Position numbers and translations under genes: made by a program. A stretch of DNA of 64,000 nt from Rickettsia typhi (GTDB lineage: Bacteria > Pseudomonadota > Alphaproteobacteria > Rickettsiales > UBA1997), in contig CAMDJZ010000003.1 of assembly GCA_945901265.1 (NCBI GenBank), positions 8,256 to 72,255 of the forward strand, in the 5' to 3' direction. The notes beneath the pieces were generated by a model that was not told the origin of the DNA, did no database searches, and worked only from the letters and a program-made list of their open reading frames with translations. Positions 19,499 through 29,756 of this stretch are shown here, piece by piece (the stretch's first letter is position 1; each line of letters starts with the position of its first letter).

Positions 19499-20326
19499 TC
19501 AATTATTTTTTTTGCTTATTATTAAATATCCACGATAATTGTCACCATCTTTGGTATTCATTGCTTTGACAATAGTTTCAAGCGATGTCCAAAACCATTT
19601 ATTTTTATGTAATGCGCTGTCAAGAATCAAAACTTCATCATTGAATTGATTATATGCAACGATCGGTGAAATGTGACCATTTGAAGTTTTATTAAGAATT
19701 TTGCCATCAAAATTAGCAAGGATGAAATTATTTTGATCTTGCAATACATTCATAAGCCGTTTACGAAATTCATTTATCTGATCGCTTTCAGTCAGATGAA
19801 TTTTGGTAACATCTAAATGATAAACCTCTTCTAAAATAACCGATAATTGGCTTAATGTTAATCCTGGATCAAAAATTTCATGACGCTTATTGCCTTCTTT
19901 TATGATAGAGGAGGGTTTTTTAAAATTAATTATATCGCGATTTTTTATTTTGTCCGTTGCTTTGTTTAAGAAATTTTGTTGCGTAAGAATTTTATATTCA
20001 ACAATATCTCCATTTGGTTTAGTGATTTGATTGGCTATTTGATTATTAATTTCGCCATAATTTAAAGCATTTATAATCATAACAGAACTTGCAATGGCGC
20101 AATAAAGCGGATTAATTTGTGGTTGATAAAAATTTATTAATTGATAAAAATCATTTTTAAATTGACTTCTATTTAAATTTTTTAAACTACTAGGATTGTT
20201 AAAGGAATCGCTTGAATCAGGAGTGATTTTTTGGGAGTTGGACTGAATTTTAATATTTTCTTGCGCATAGCTTACGTTAGTAAATGTTAAAATTGTTAAA
20301 AATATTATTAATAAATAATTTTTCAT
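19499..20326 (-). CDS. Secreted phytochelatin-synthase-like (papain-fold, C83-type) protein
   Basis: The block FYQLINFYQPQINPLYCAIASSVMIINALN matches the catalytic-Cys region of phytochelatin synthase domains. The start is placed at the Met giving signal peptide MKNYLLIIFLTILTFTNVSYA; the ORF track extends to 20431, which would overlap the xer gene. Confidence 0.65.
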   Translation of the reverse strand: MKNYLLIIFLTILTFTNVSYAQENIKIQSNSQKITPDSSDSFNNPSSLKNLNRSQFKNDFYQLINFYQPQINPLYCAIASSVMIINALNYGEINNQIANQITKPNGDIVEYKILTQQNFLNKATDKIKNRDIINFKKPSSIIKEGNKRHEIFDPGLTLSQLSVILEEVYHLDVTKIHLTESDQINEFRKRLMNVLQDQNNFILANFDGKILNKTSNGHISPIVAYNQFNDEVLILDSALHKNKWFWTSLETIVKAMNTKDGDNYRGYLIISKKNN

Positions 20327-20331
20327 AAAAA

Positions 20332-21270
20332 ATGTTAAAAGAATTAGATATAAATAATTTATGTGATAAAAAAATCTTGGATTTAATTGATCAATTTCTT
20401 GAATTTTTAAAGGTTGAAAAAAAATATTCAATTAACACTCTTAAAGCTTACAAGAACGATATTTTTTATTTTATTAAATTCCTGTTTAATATGAAAGAAA
20501 AAATTGTAAATGTAAATTTTTTGGAAGAAATAAATTTGCATGATTTGCGCAAGTGGCTCAGCTTCAGATCTAAGGATCACGTAAATAGTTCTAATGCAAG
20601 AGCAGTTGCGGTAATTAGAAGTTTTTTTAAATTTTTAAATCGTAATTCACTTCTTAAAAACCGTGAAGTTGAGAAATTGAAAACACCTAAAAATATTAAA
20701 CCATTACCCCGACCTATCGATGTGGTGGATATTAGAAAAATTATCGAAGCAGTTGGGCAAATTAGAAAAATTTCTTGGCAGGTTAAGCGAGATCAAGCAT
20801 TGCTTTATTTGATTTATGGCACTGGCTTAAGGATTTCCGAAGCATTGAGAGTCAACCTCCTTGCTCTTGAGAATAAAAGGGATTTGGTGGTTATGGGTAA
20901 GGGAAAAAAACAAAGAATAGTTCCATTATTAGCCAAGGTTAATCAAGCGATTAATGAATATTTACATGAATTACCCTTTGATTTAAATGGTTATCAGCCA
21001 ATATTTTTAAACAATAATAAACAAACCATGACAAGATTTGATTATAATTTCTTGATCAAAACTATCCGGCGAAAATTGAATTTAAGTGAAACGATAACTC
21101 CACATAGTTTTCGTCACTCATTCGCAACTCATTTACTTGAAGGTGGAAGTGATTTAAGGTCGATCCAAGACCTACTTGGACATGAAAGTTTAGCTACAAC
21201 GCAAAGATACACCAAAGTTAATCGATCGATTTTAATTGATGCATATCAAAAGTTTTCAAATCGTAAATAA
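20332..21270 (+). CDS. XerC/XerD-family tyrosine site-specific recombinase
   Basis: 312 aa. GTGLRISEAL (catalytic Arg), HSFRHSFATHLLEGGSDLRSIQDLLGHESLATTQRYT (H-x-x-R ... H ... Y). Confidence 0.88.
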   Translation: MLKELDINNLCDKKILDLIDQFLEFLKVEKKYSINTLKAYKNDIFYFIKFLFNMKEKIVNVNFLEEINLHDLRKWLSFRSKDHVNSSNARAVAVIRSFFKFLNRNSLLKNREVEKLKTPKNIKPLPRPIDVVDIRKIIEAVGQIRKISWQVKRDQALLYLIYGTGLRISEALRVNLLALENKRDLVVMGKGKKQRIVPLLAKVNQAINEYLHELPFDLNGYQPIFLNNNKQTMTRFDYNFLIKTIRRKLNLSETITPHSFRHSFATHLLEGGSDLRSIQDLLGHESLATTQRYTKVNRSILIDAYQKFSNRK

Positions 21271-21825
21271 TTATTCAAATTTTACTTCAACTTTGGTAAT
21301 TTTTTTATCTAATTTTTTCAGAACTTCTTCGCTAATATCAAGGGAGTCTTCAAAGAAAACGGTTTGTGAAGCAGGAATTATAACTTCATAATTTTTATCT
21401 TTTGAGATTTCGCCAATAATTTCTTTAATAATTTCATTGACTTTACTCATTGATTCCATTGATGCTTTTTTCAAACTATTTTGTTTACGATCAACATAGG
21501 TTTTTAAATCATCAACTTTTTTCTCAAATTTTTGTACTTCTTTTTCAAATCCATCCTTAGAAAGAACTGTCTTTTTTGCCTCAATAGATTTTTGTTCATT
21601 TTCTAAATCATTTTGTTTTTTGGTAACTTCTTTTTGATATTCATCTTGCCTTTTATTGACCTTGTTTTGAATATCGCGCATCGCTTTTGATTCTTTAATA
21701 ATTTTTTCAAGATCAAGAATGGCTATATTGCTTGCATTAGCATTTGCAAACGCTAAACATGATATTAGAGTTATAGTCAAAAGTTTTAATGAGATGAATT
21801 TTTTTTCAAGAATGATTTTTTTCAT
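21271..21825 (-). CDS. skp: OmpH/Skp-family periplasmic chaperone
   Basis: 184 aa. Signal peptide followed by a K/E-rich coiled coil (IAILDLEKIIKESKAMRDIQNKVNKRQDEYQKE) typical of OmpH. Confidence 0.72.
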   Translation of the reverse strand: MKKIILEKKFISLKLLTITLISCLAFANANASNIAILDLEKIIKESKAMRDIQNKVNKRQDEYQKEVTKKQNDLENEQKSIEAKKTVLSKDGFEKEVQKFEKKVDDLKTYVDRKQNSLKKASMESMSKVNEIIKEIIGEISKDKNYEVIIPASQTVFFEDSLDISEEVLKKLDKKITKVEVKFE

Positions 21826-22009
21826 ATTATTTATGTAGACTTGGTTTTTAAAAAAAATAATCTTTATTCTTTCAATTTATTTTGCAATTATTAAATTTAA
21901 AATCAATTGAACTAAAAATTATTTCTTTACTAAATTAAAAATAAAACTTTACAATGCAATCCTAACTTTAATAAAGTTTTTTATTACAATAATTTTATAA
22001 ATTTTTTAA

Positions 22010-22624
22010 ATGTCTAAAAATAATAACTCTACAAACATGAACAAAAGACCAGCCATTAAAGAAGTACAAGAAGCGGTAAGAACCCTTATTTCTTGGGCAG
22101 GAGATAATCCTGATCGCGAAGGTTTAATTGATACGCCGATGAGAGTTGCTAAAGCATATCGCGATTTTTTCTCGGGCTATGATAGTGATCCTAAGGAAAT
22201 TCTCGGTAAAACTTTTGAGGATATTGATGGTTACGAAGAAATTGTTTTAATAAAAAACATTCGCATGGAATCACATTGTGAACATCACATGGTTCCTTTT
22301 ATTGGAGTTGCTCATGTTGCTTATATTCCAAATAAAAAAGTTGTAGGAATTAGTAAAATTGCGCGTCTAGTTGATATTTTTGCAAAACGTTTACAAACTC
22401 AAGAAACTCTTACAATTCAAATTGCCACAACGATTCAAGAGGTTTTGAATCCTAAGGGTGTAGCAGTTTTTATTGATTCTAAACATCAATGTATGACTAC
22501 TCGTGGAATTCATAAAGATAAAGCATCAACGATTACCATGTCAATGCTTGGAAATTTTAAAGGTGATCCAGTATTAGAGGATCGCTTTTTAAACATGATT
22601 AAAATTAATTCGCAAGAATGTTAA
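22010..22624 (+). CDS. folE: GTP cyclohydrolase I
   Basis: 204 aa. REGLIDTPMRVAKAY, zinc motif SHCEHHMVPFIGVAHVAYIP, RLQTQE. Confidence 0.95.
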   Translation: MSKNNNSTNMNKRPAIKEVQEAVRTLISWAGDNPDREGLIDTPMRVAKAYRDFFSGYDSDPKEILGKTFEDIDGYEEIVLIKNIRMESHCEHHMVPFIGVAHVAYIPNKKVVGISKIARLVDIFAKRLQTQETLTIQIATTIQEVLNPKGVAVFIDSKHQCMTTRGIHKDKASTITMSMLGNFKGDPVLEDRFLNMIKINSQEC

Positions 22625-23217
22625 TTGTTTCGCACAAAAAAATTATTTTAGCTTCAACTTCAAAAATTCGTCAACAACTTATGGTTGAAAGTGGCTTAGA
22701 TTTTTCGATCCAAAAACCATTTTTTGATGAAGACCAAGAAAAATCAAAATATTCTAACTTAAAACCGCAAGATTTATCAATTTTTCTAGCCAAAGAAAAG
22801 GCATTATCGGTTAGCAGAAAATTCCCTGAATGTTATGTAATTGGCTCAGATCAGGCTTGTGAATTTGAGGGTTTCGAAATTTCTAAATCAAAAAATCGTC
22901 AAGAAGCGATTTCTCAATTACAAAAATTTTCAGGAAAAATTCATTTTCAAAATAATGCCTCGGTTATTGCTTTCAATTCACAAATTATTTTTGAAAATTT
23001 TTCACAAGTGCGGTTGCAAATGCATGATTTAAATTTATCGCAAATAGAAAAATATGTTGATCAAGATCAATCCTGGGGATGTGCTGGAAGCTATAAATAC
23101 GAGTCTTTTGGCAAATGTCTTTTTGCAAGTGTTAAGGGCGATTACTTTGCAATTTTAGGTTTGGCGATTCAACCCTTGTTAAGTTTTTTATATCAACAAA
23201 AAATAATTAGTTTTTAG
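22618..23217 (+). CDS. maf: Maf-like nucleoside triphosphate pyrophosphatase
   Basis: 199 aa. ILASTSKIRQQLMVESGLDF, GSDQ, AGSYKYES blocks. 7-nt overlap with folE. Confidence 0.85.
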   Translation: MLIVSHKKIILASTSKIRQQLMVESGLDFSIQKPFFDEDQEKSKYSNLKPQDLSIFLAKEKALSVSRKFPECYVIGSDQACEFEGFEISKSKNRQEAISQLQKFSGKIHFQNNASVIAFNSQIIFENFSQVRLQMHDLNLSQIEKYVDQDQSWGCAGSYKYESFGKCLFASVKGDYFAILGLAIQPLLSFLYQQKIISF

Positions 23218-23221
23218 ATTT

Positions 23222-23953
23222 ATGGAAGTTTTAACATATGATATCTTATTTAGTTTATTAACTTTAACTTTTTTAGAGATAGTATTAGGAATCGATAATT
23301 TGATTTTTATAGCGGTAGCAGTATCTAAGCTCCCATCTAAAAAAAGAAAAACAGCTCGACTTTTCGGCCTATCCTGCGCCTTTGTTATTCGAATTATAAT
23401 GTTACTAACTCTATCATGGGTTATGAGTTTTACCGATCCACTTTTTTTCATTGGGCAGCAAGGTTATTCATTTAAAAATTTCCTGCTATTCTTCGGTGGA
23501 TTATTTTTAATTGCCAAAAGTGGTTGGGAAATAATTTGCGATATTTTTTTTAACGATAACTCATCCGATGAAAAAACCAAAAATGGTTCCGCTCGAAATA
23601 TGTTAGCAGCGATTTTTCAAATAGTTATAATCGATTTTGTATTTTCATTTGACTCAATAATTACTGCAGTTGCAATGACTAATAACATTCCCGTTATTGT
23701 TACTGCCATAACAATTTCCATGATTGCGATGTTGTTTGCTTCCGAAAAAATTAGTTATTTTTTACAAAATTATCCATCATTAAAAATCGTTGCCTTGGCT
23801 TTTATTTTAATGATAGGAATAATATTGCTTGCCGATGGAATTCACATTGAAATTTCTAAAGGTTACCTCTATTTCTCATTAGTTTTTACTCTTATCGTCG
23901 AGAGTTTAAACATAATTGCAAGGAAGCGTCGTAAAAATAATTCCAATCATTAA
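23222..23953 (+). CDS. TerC-family integral membrane protein
   Basis: 243 aa, multi-TM. LEIVLGIDNLIFIAV and IIDFVFSFDSIITAVAMT are the duplicated TerC motifs. Confidence 0.8.
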   Translation: MEVLTYDILFSLLTLTFLEIVLGIDNLIFIAVAVSKLPSKKRKTARLFGLSCAFVIRIIMLLTLSWVMSFTDPLFFIGQQGYSFKNFLLFFGGLFLIAKSGWEIICDIFFNDNSSDEKTKNGSARNMLAAIFQIVIIDFVFSFDSIITAVAMTNNIPVIVTAITISMIAMLFASEKISYFLQNYPSLKIVALAFILMIGIILLADGIHIEISKGYLYFSLVFTLIVESLNIIARKRRKNNSNH

Positions 23954-23980
23954 TTTATTAAAAATTAATTTTAAAATTTA

Positions 23981-25258
23981 ATGACAAATCAACTGCCAAA
24001 AAAAATCGCTGTTATTGGTTCGGGAATTTCAGGATTAACCTGCGCATATTTCTTAAGTGATCATTACGACATAAAGCTCTATGAAAAAAATGATTATTTG
24101 GGAGGTCATTCAAATACTGCAAAAATTAATTATAATGGTCGTGATATTTCTGTTGATACGGGTTTTATAGTTTTTAATTTTGCCACATATCCAAATCTGG
24201 TAAAATTTTTTGAACTTTTGCAAGTTGACATAAAAAAAAGTAATATGTCTTTTGCTGCAAAGATTGATGACTCTAAATTAGAATACGCCGGAACATCGCT
24301 TGCAAGCCTTTTTGCGCAGAAAAAAAATTTATTTAATCCGCGTTTTTGGCAAATGATTTTCGACATTTTGCGCTTCAATAAAAAAGCTCTTGAACTTCTT
24401 AAAAAAGATTGTTTACCCAATTATACTCTCAAAAATTTTTTAGAAGATTTGCGAGTAAAAAAATATTTTCAGCAATATTATCTTTTGCCCATGGCATCAG
24501 CTATTTGGAGTTCGCCACTTGATAAAATAATTGATTACCCCGCGCAATCATTTGTCAATTTTTTTAAAAATCACGGTTTATTATCAGTTACCAATCAACC
24601 GCAATGGTATACTGTTGAAGGTGGATCATGTAGTTATGTTGAAAAAATTTCTAAAAAAATCTCTACGCATTATAGTTTAAATGATCAAGTTAAAAAAATT
24701 TATAAAAATGAACAAGGAAAGCTAGTCGTTGTTAGTGAAAAATCTCAAGAAGAGTTTGATAAAATAGTCATTGCAACTCATAGCGATCAAGCTCTAAAGA
24801 TGCTAACTAATCCTACTGAAATTCAACAGAAAATATTAAAAAATATTAAATATCAAAAGAATCTAGCAATTTTGCATAAGGATCAATCAGTTATGCCAAA
24901 AGCTAAGAAAGCTTGGGCAAGTTGGGTTTACAGCTGTAAAAATAACCAAAGCGACCAATTAGCGGTAAGTTATTGGATGAATAATTTGCAAGGAATTGAT
25001 GAAAAATATCCACTTTTTGTAACTTTAAATCCAAATCAAGAAATTTCCAAGGATGACATTTTTGCTAGCTATGAATATGAACATCCCATATTTGATAGCG
25101 AAGCAATATTAGCACAAAATAAAATTTCTCAAATGCAAGGACAAGACCAGATTTATTTTTGCGGAGCTTATCAAGCATTTGGTTTTCATGAAGATGGAAT
25201 AAGTTCAGCATTAAAAGTGTTAAATCAACTGCAAATAAAGGCTCCATGGCAGTTATAA
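23981..25258 (+). CDS. FAD-dependent oxidoreductase (amine-oxidase-like; UfaD-like candidate)
   Basis: 425 aa. Dinucleotide fold KIAVIGSGISGLTCAYFL...YEKNDYLGGHSNT. First gene of the fatty-acid modification cluster. Confidence 0.8.
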   Translation: MTNQLPKKIAVIGSGISGLTCAYFLSDHYDIKLYEKNDYLGGHSNTAKINYNGRDISVDTGFIVFNFATYPNLVKFFELLQVDIKKSNMSFAAKIDDSKLEYAGTSLASLFAQKKNLFNPRFWQMIFDILRFNKKALELLKKDCLPNYTLKNFLEDLRVKKYFQQYYLLPMASAIWSSPLDKIIDYPAQSFVNFFKNHGLLSVTNQPQWYTVEGGSCSYVEKISKKISTHYSLNDQVKKIYKNEQGKLVVVSEKSQEEFDKIVIATHSDQALKMLTNPTEIQQKILKNIKYQKNLAILHKDQSVMPKAKKAWASWVYSCKNNQSDQLAVSYWMNNLQGIDEKYPLFVTLNPNQEISKDDIFASYEYEHPIFDSEAILAQNKISQMQGQDQIYFCGAYQAFGFHEDGISSALKVLNQLQIKAPWQL

Positions 25259-26154
25259 AAATTATAAAAAATTTTATTAATTTACAAAAAAAATTTCTAA
25301 AAAAATTTTATTATGATTTTTTAAATATTTTTTTTGGGGCAAAAAATAACGATAAAATTTTTTCTTCTAGGGTTAAAAATTTTCCTAGCCTAATGTTAGT
25401 TTATGCTAATCTTATGCATTTAAGGACAATTCCAAAAATTAATAAATTCCTTTATAAAGTTTTTTATATTTGTTTCGATATAAGTAAAATCGACAATCTT
25501 AAGTGTAAATTTTTTTCACTTAATAAGTTTAACATTTTTAGTTTTTATATAAAAGATCATGGTAAACGAGATGGATCTAGTTTGGAACTATGGATGCGCC
25601 AATTACTTTATGAAAAAAATCTTGATGAATATGTTAAAAAAATTTTTCTTTTTACGCATCCTCGTATTTTTGGATATGTTTTTAATCCGGTTAGCTTTTG
25701 GTTTTGTGTTGATGATGAAAATAATTTGCGAGCAATTTTATTTGAAGTAAATAATACTTTTTCTCAGAATCATTGTTACCTTGTTTATAATGAAAATAAG
25801 GAAATTATAACCTCAGATCAATGGTTTGAATGTAGTAAAAATTTTTACGTCTCACCTTTTTTTGAAATTGTTGGAAAATATAAATTTCGTGTAAATTTCG
25901 TCGTTGATAAAATTGCCGTATGGATTGATTATGTAATCGAAGATAAAAAAAATTTATTAACAAGTGTAATTTCTTATGACATTAAGCCGCATAACAGTAG
26001 CAATCTTTTACGGGCTTTTTTGCAAATTCCATTTTTAACTTTCCAAGTAATTTTTCTTATTCACTGGCAAGCATTAAAATTATTTTTTAAAAGAAATAAA
26101 TATATTGCAAATCCCAATAAAATTCCAAAAAATATTACCACTAATCATGATTAA
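25246..26154 (+). CDS. DUF1365 protein (UfaO-like candidate)
   Basis: MHLRTIPKINKFLYKVFYICFDI, FGYVFNPVSFWFC and FEVNNTFSQNHCY match DUF1365 blocks. The true start may be the Met at 25393. Confidence 0.8.
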   Translation: MAVIKIIKNFINLQKKFLKKFYYDFLNIFFGAKNNDKIFSSRVKNFPSLMLVYANLMHLRTIPKINKFLYKVFYICFDISKIDNLKCKFFSLNKFNIFSFYIKDHGKRDGSSLELWMRQLLYEKNLDEYVKKIFLFTHPRIFGYVFNPVSFWFCVDDENNLRAILFEVNNTFSQNHCYLVYNENKEIITSDQWFECSKNFYVSPFFEIVGKYKFRVNFVVDKIAVWIDYVIEDKKNLLTSVISYDIKPHNSSNLLRAFLQIPFLTFQVIFLIHWQALKLFFKRNKYIANPNKIPKNITTNHD

Positions 26155-26214
26155 AATTTTTTAAATAAAATTTGTTAATCGTTAAAATTAATTTTGATAA
26201 AAGTTTAAAATATT

Positions 26215-27372
26215 ATGAAAAAAAATGATTTTCTAAAACAAGCTTTCGAAAATATCGAATATGGTTCTTTATTGGTCAAGCTTAAGCAATCAGATGTAAA
26301 TTTTGAATTTGTTGGCAAAAAAGTTGGGTCAAATGCTGATATTACAATTGAAGATGAAACTATTATCGAGCAATTAATTTTAGGTGGTGATATTGTTTTT
26401 GGTGAGTCATATATAAATAAAAAATGGCATAGTAGTGATGTCGTTAATTTACTTACATTTTTAACCAATAATGCCAATTGTTTAGAGCGTTTTTTTCATG
26501 CTAAGAAATTCCAGTTTTTATTGCTTTATTTTAAAAATTTTTTTAAGAAAAATACTTTATCGGGTAGTAAAAAAAACATAAGCTATCATTATGATTTAGG
26601 AAATGAATTTTATGAATTATGGCTGGATAAAACTATGAGTTATTCTAGCGCATTATTTCTTGATAAAAATATTGATTTAGCGCAAGCGCAAAATCAAAAA
26701 TATCAATCAATCATTAATAAATTATGCGGTGAAACCATCTTAGAAATAGGATGTGGATGGGGTGGATTTATCGAACAGGCAGCCAAGTCTAATTATAAAA
26801 TTACTGGCTTAACATTATCGCAACAGCAAAGAAATTTTGCACTAAATCGCCTTCTCAATTTTAAGTCGCAAGTTGATATTTACTTACAAGATTATCGTGA
26901 TGAAAAAGGGATTTATGATAATATTGTTTCTATCGAAATGTTTGAAGCGGTTGGTCAAGAATATTGGCATAAATATTTTCAAATTCTTAATCGTTGTTTA
27001 CGCGTCAATGGTAAGGCAATTTTGCAAATAATTACCATCGATGAAAAAGTCTTTGCTGATTATAAAAATCGCGTTGATTTTATTCAAAAACATATTTTTC
27101 CGGGTGGTGTTCTTCCTTCAAAATCGATTATTTTCGAGCTTGCTAGTCAATATAATTTTTCTGTAATAAGTGAATTATCTTTTGCGCAAGATTATGTAAA
27201 AACATTAAAAATCTGGTTGCAAAATTTTGATCAAAATCATGAAGCAATTCGTCGATTAGGTTTTTCTGAGGAATTTATTCGTAAATGGCGTTTTTATCTG
27301 GCTTATTGCATAGCTGGTTTTAGCGCTGAAAGAACAAGTGTTGTTCAATTCGAACTTATTAAAAAACAATAA
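26215..27372 (+). CDS. cfa: Cyclopropane-fatty-acyl-phospholipid synthase family SAM methyltransferase
   Basis: 385 aa. HYDLGNEFYELWLDKTMSYSSALF, SAM motif ILEIGCGWGGF, SIEMFEAVG. Confidence 0.88.
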   Translation: MKKNDFLKQAFENIEYGSLLVKLKQSDVNFEFVGKKVGSNADITIEDETIIEQLILGGDIVFGESYINKKWHSSDVVNLLTFLTNNANCLERFFHAKKFQFLLLYFKNFFKKNTLSGSKKNISYHYDLGNEFYELWLDKTMSYSSALFLDKNIDLAQAQNQKYQSIINKLCGETILEIGCGWGGFIEQAAKSNYKITGLTLSQQQRNFALNRLLNFKSQVDIYLQDYRDEKGIYDNIVSIEMFEAVGQEYWHKYFQILNRCLRVNGKAILQIITIDEKVFADYKNRVDFIQKHIFPGGVLPSKSIIFELASQYNFSVISELSFAQDYVKTLKIWLQNFDQNHEAIRRLGFSEEFIRKWRFYLAYCIAGFSAERTSVVQFELIKKQ

Positions 27373-27375
27373 AAT

Positions 27376-27924
27376 ATGTTTAAAATAATTGCATTTGCTT
27401 TAATATTATTTTTTTCTACTAGCTTTAAAGAAATTGATGATTCGTTAAAAGGTAATTTAGCAAATGAAATTACTAAAATTTTAGTTACGCCAAATTTAAT
27501 CGGTCAATATGACTTAAAAGTTTATAGCTTTAACGTCTACAATATCAAGCTTTTTAGCGAAGACCAAAAATTCTCTTATCAAAAAAAATTTGCTATAGAA
27601 ATCATCTATAAAATAAATTTTAGCAAAGAAAATTTAGTAAAAAGAACCATTCAAGAAATTGCACGAATACAAAATATTTCCAATAAAAACGAATTAATTG
27701 TCTATGAAGGGGAATTCAATAAGATTTTTCTTGATGTAAAAAAAGGCGATAGCAAAGTAGCTATATTTTCACCACAAAAAGGAGTGGATCTATTTTTAAA
27801 TCATCATTTAGTTGGTTCTATTAATGATTTAAAGTTAGCTAGATATTTTGTCGATATCTGGCTAAGCAAGAATTCAAGCTATCCCCAAATGACCTCAACA
27901 ATCTTAGGAGAAAAAAATGATTAA
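27376..27924 (+). CDS. Chalcone-isomerase-like (fatty-acid-binding fold) protein
   Basis: 182 aa with signal-like N-terminus. VYSFNVYNIKLF and C-terminal FVDIWLSKNSSYPQMTSTILG resemble the Chalcone_3 family. Cluster context. Confidence 0.55.
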   Translation: MFKIIAFALILFFSTSFKEIDDSLKGNLANEITKILVTPNLIGQYDLKVYSFNVYNIKLFSEDQKFSYQKKFAIEIIYKINFSKENLVKRTIQEIARIQNISNKNELIVYEGEFNKIFLDVKKGDSKVAIFSPQKGVDLFLNHHLVGSINDLKLARYFVDIWLSKNSSYPQMTSTILGEKND

Positions 27925-29185
27925 TAAAAAACAATTATTTAGCTATGCAATTTTATCATTGCCTCTTGCATTTGTAGGTTTACCAATTTATGTAAATATC
28001 AATGGTTTTTACGCAAAAGAATATGGCGTTAATTTATCGTTGCTTGGAGTTTTGCTGTTAATTGCCCGAGGAGTTGATATGTTGCAAGGTCCTTTTGTTG
28101 GTTATTTATCGAGCTATTTCATTCATAAAAAAATCTCTCAAAAAAGAATAATTTTATATAGTTCGGTATTGTTAGCTATATCATTTTTTAGTTTATTTAA
28201 TCCACCAATTTCCTTTAATAAAGATATGATTTGCGTATGGTTTGTTATCTCTTTGATTGCAACTTATACCTTCTTTAACTTTGCAATTATTAATTACGAA
28301 GCTATTGCGGTATTTATCGCTAAAAATCAAAAAGAAAGATTAGCGGTTAACTCGGCAAAGGAATTCTGTGGTTTAGTGGGTATTTTAACTGCCTCGATTC
28401 TACCTAGTATCTTATCAATTTTTGTCACGAGCGATTCGAAAACAACTTACGTCTACTCGAGTGCAATTTTTGTTGTTTTAATTTTTGTGGTATTAATTGT
28501 TTTCTTTAGAACATTGAAAATTAACAAAATCGAAAATTATACACGCATTAGTTTTAGAAATGTTTTTAACGAAATTCGCACTAATAAAATTTTCATGAAT
28601 TATTTGAAAATATTTTTTATTAACGCTATTGCCGTTAGTATTCCAGCTTCGGTAATTTTCTTTTATGTTGAAGATGTACTTCGTTCCTCGTCAAAACTCG
28701 GTTTTTTTCTCGGTGTATATTTCTTGGCAGGTTGTATTTTTATCGGCATGTGGAAAAGGTTGGCTCAAAAACATGGGATGATTAAAATTTGGATCATTTC
28801 ATTAGTTGGAAGCGTGATAACTTTTATTTTTAATTGCTTACTTGGAGAAGCTAACGCGGATTTATTTTTTATTGTTTGTTTCGCGTCGGGAATGTTTTTG
28901 GGTGCAGATTTAATTATTCCTCCTGCAATTATCGCCAATTTAATTTACGATAAAAAAGAAAAAGTTGCTTCTTACATCGCGGTATGGAATATGTTTGTTA
29001 AGCTCGGATTAGTTATTGCTTCATCGGCAAGTTTAATTGTGTTAGGTTTCTTTGATTATAAAATTGGTAGCTATGCCAATAAAGGCTTATGGGCAATTCC
29101 TTATGTTTATTCAGTAATTCCATCATTGCTAAAAATTTACATAATTATAAGATTGCGTAGCTTAAGAAAAATCAAAGATTTTTAA
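27917..29185 (+). CDS. MFS-type transporter (GPH/MFS_2-like)
   Basis: 422 aa, about 12 hydrophobic segments. 8-nt overlap with the preceding gene. Confidence 0.65.
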   Translation: MINKKQLFSYAILSLPLAFVGLPIYVNINGFYAKEYGVNLSLLGVLLLIARGVDMLQGPFVGYLSSYFIHKKISQKRIILYSSVLLAISFFSLFNPPISFNKDMICVWFVISLIATYTFFNFAIINYEAIAVFIAKNQKERLAVNSAKEFCGLVGILTASILPSILSIFVTSDSKTTYVYSSAIFVVLIFVVLIVFFRTLKINKIENYTRISFRNVFNEIRTNKIFMNYLKIFFINAIAVSIPASVIFFYVEDVLRSSSKLGFFLGVYFLAGCIFIGMWKRLAQKHGMIKIWIISLVGSVITFIFNCLLGEANADLFFIVCFASGMFLGADLIIPPAIIANLIYDKKEKVASYIAVWNMFVKLGLVIASSASLIVLGFFDYKIGSYANKGLWAIPYVYSVIPSLLKIYIIIRLRSLRKIKDF

Positions 29186-29210
29186 AAAATAATATTGGTT
29201 TATAATAAAT

Positions 29211-29753
29211 ATGCATAAAATTACTCTAAATTCTTTAACTTTAATTTTTATGCTCATGTTTGGTTTCTCATGTTCTTCAGCTAGCCCAAAGATTTATCAA
29301 GAAAATATGCCGAAATTTGATGTTCGCAATTTTTTTCGTGGTTCGCTCGAAGCATACGGAATACTCCAAGATCATCGCGGTAAAGTTATCAAAACTTTTA
29401 CAGTTAAAATGTTTGGCTCTTGGCAAGGTAATGAAGGAATTCTTAAAGAAGATTTTATTTTTTCAGATAAAAAAACTGATCAAAGAAAATGGCATATTAA
29501 GATGACTGATGATAATAACTTTACAGCGCAAGCTCATGATGTTATTGGAATTGCGAAAGGTGAGCAATATGGCAATGCCCTTAGAATGCAATATGTTTTA
29601 TCGATACCAGTTGGTGATAAAAAATATAATTTTGCCATTAATGATTGGATGTATTTAATCGATAATGATTCATTGATTAACATTTCAACGATTAAAAAAT
29701 TTGGTTTCAAAGTGGCAACGCTTACCATTGGTTTTAAAAAAATCGGCATTTAA
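29211..29753 (+). CDS. DUF3833-family lipocalin-like lipoprotein
   Basis: Lipobox LMFGFSC. FFRGSLEAYGILQDHRGKVIKTFTVKMFGSWQGNEGILKEDFIFSDKKTDQRKWHI matches DUF3833 from memory. Confidence 0.7.
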   Translation: MHKITLNSLTLIFMLMFGFSCSSASPKIYQENMPKFDVRNFFRGSLEAYGILQDHRGKVIKTFTVKMFGSWQGNEGILKEDFIFSDKKTDQRKWHIKMTDDNNFTAQAHDVIGIAKGEQYGNALRMQYVLSIPVGDKKYNFAINDWMYLIDNDSLINISTIKKFGFKVATLTIGFKKIGI

Positions 29754-29756
29754 AAA

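Noticed and set aside
20332-21270. Tyrosine recombinase as the integrase of a mobile element that might have truncated dnaE
   Set aside because: The sequence is of the chromosomal XerC/XerD type, about 310 aa with a canonical C-terminal block. I found no att-like direct repeats, phage genes or tRNA nearby. I also searched by eye for a dif-like site (..CATAA-N6-TTATGTTAAAT) near it and in other spacers, without success.
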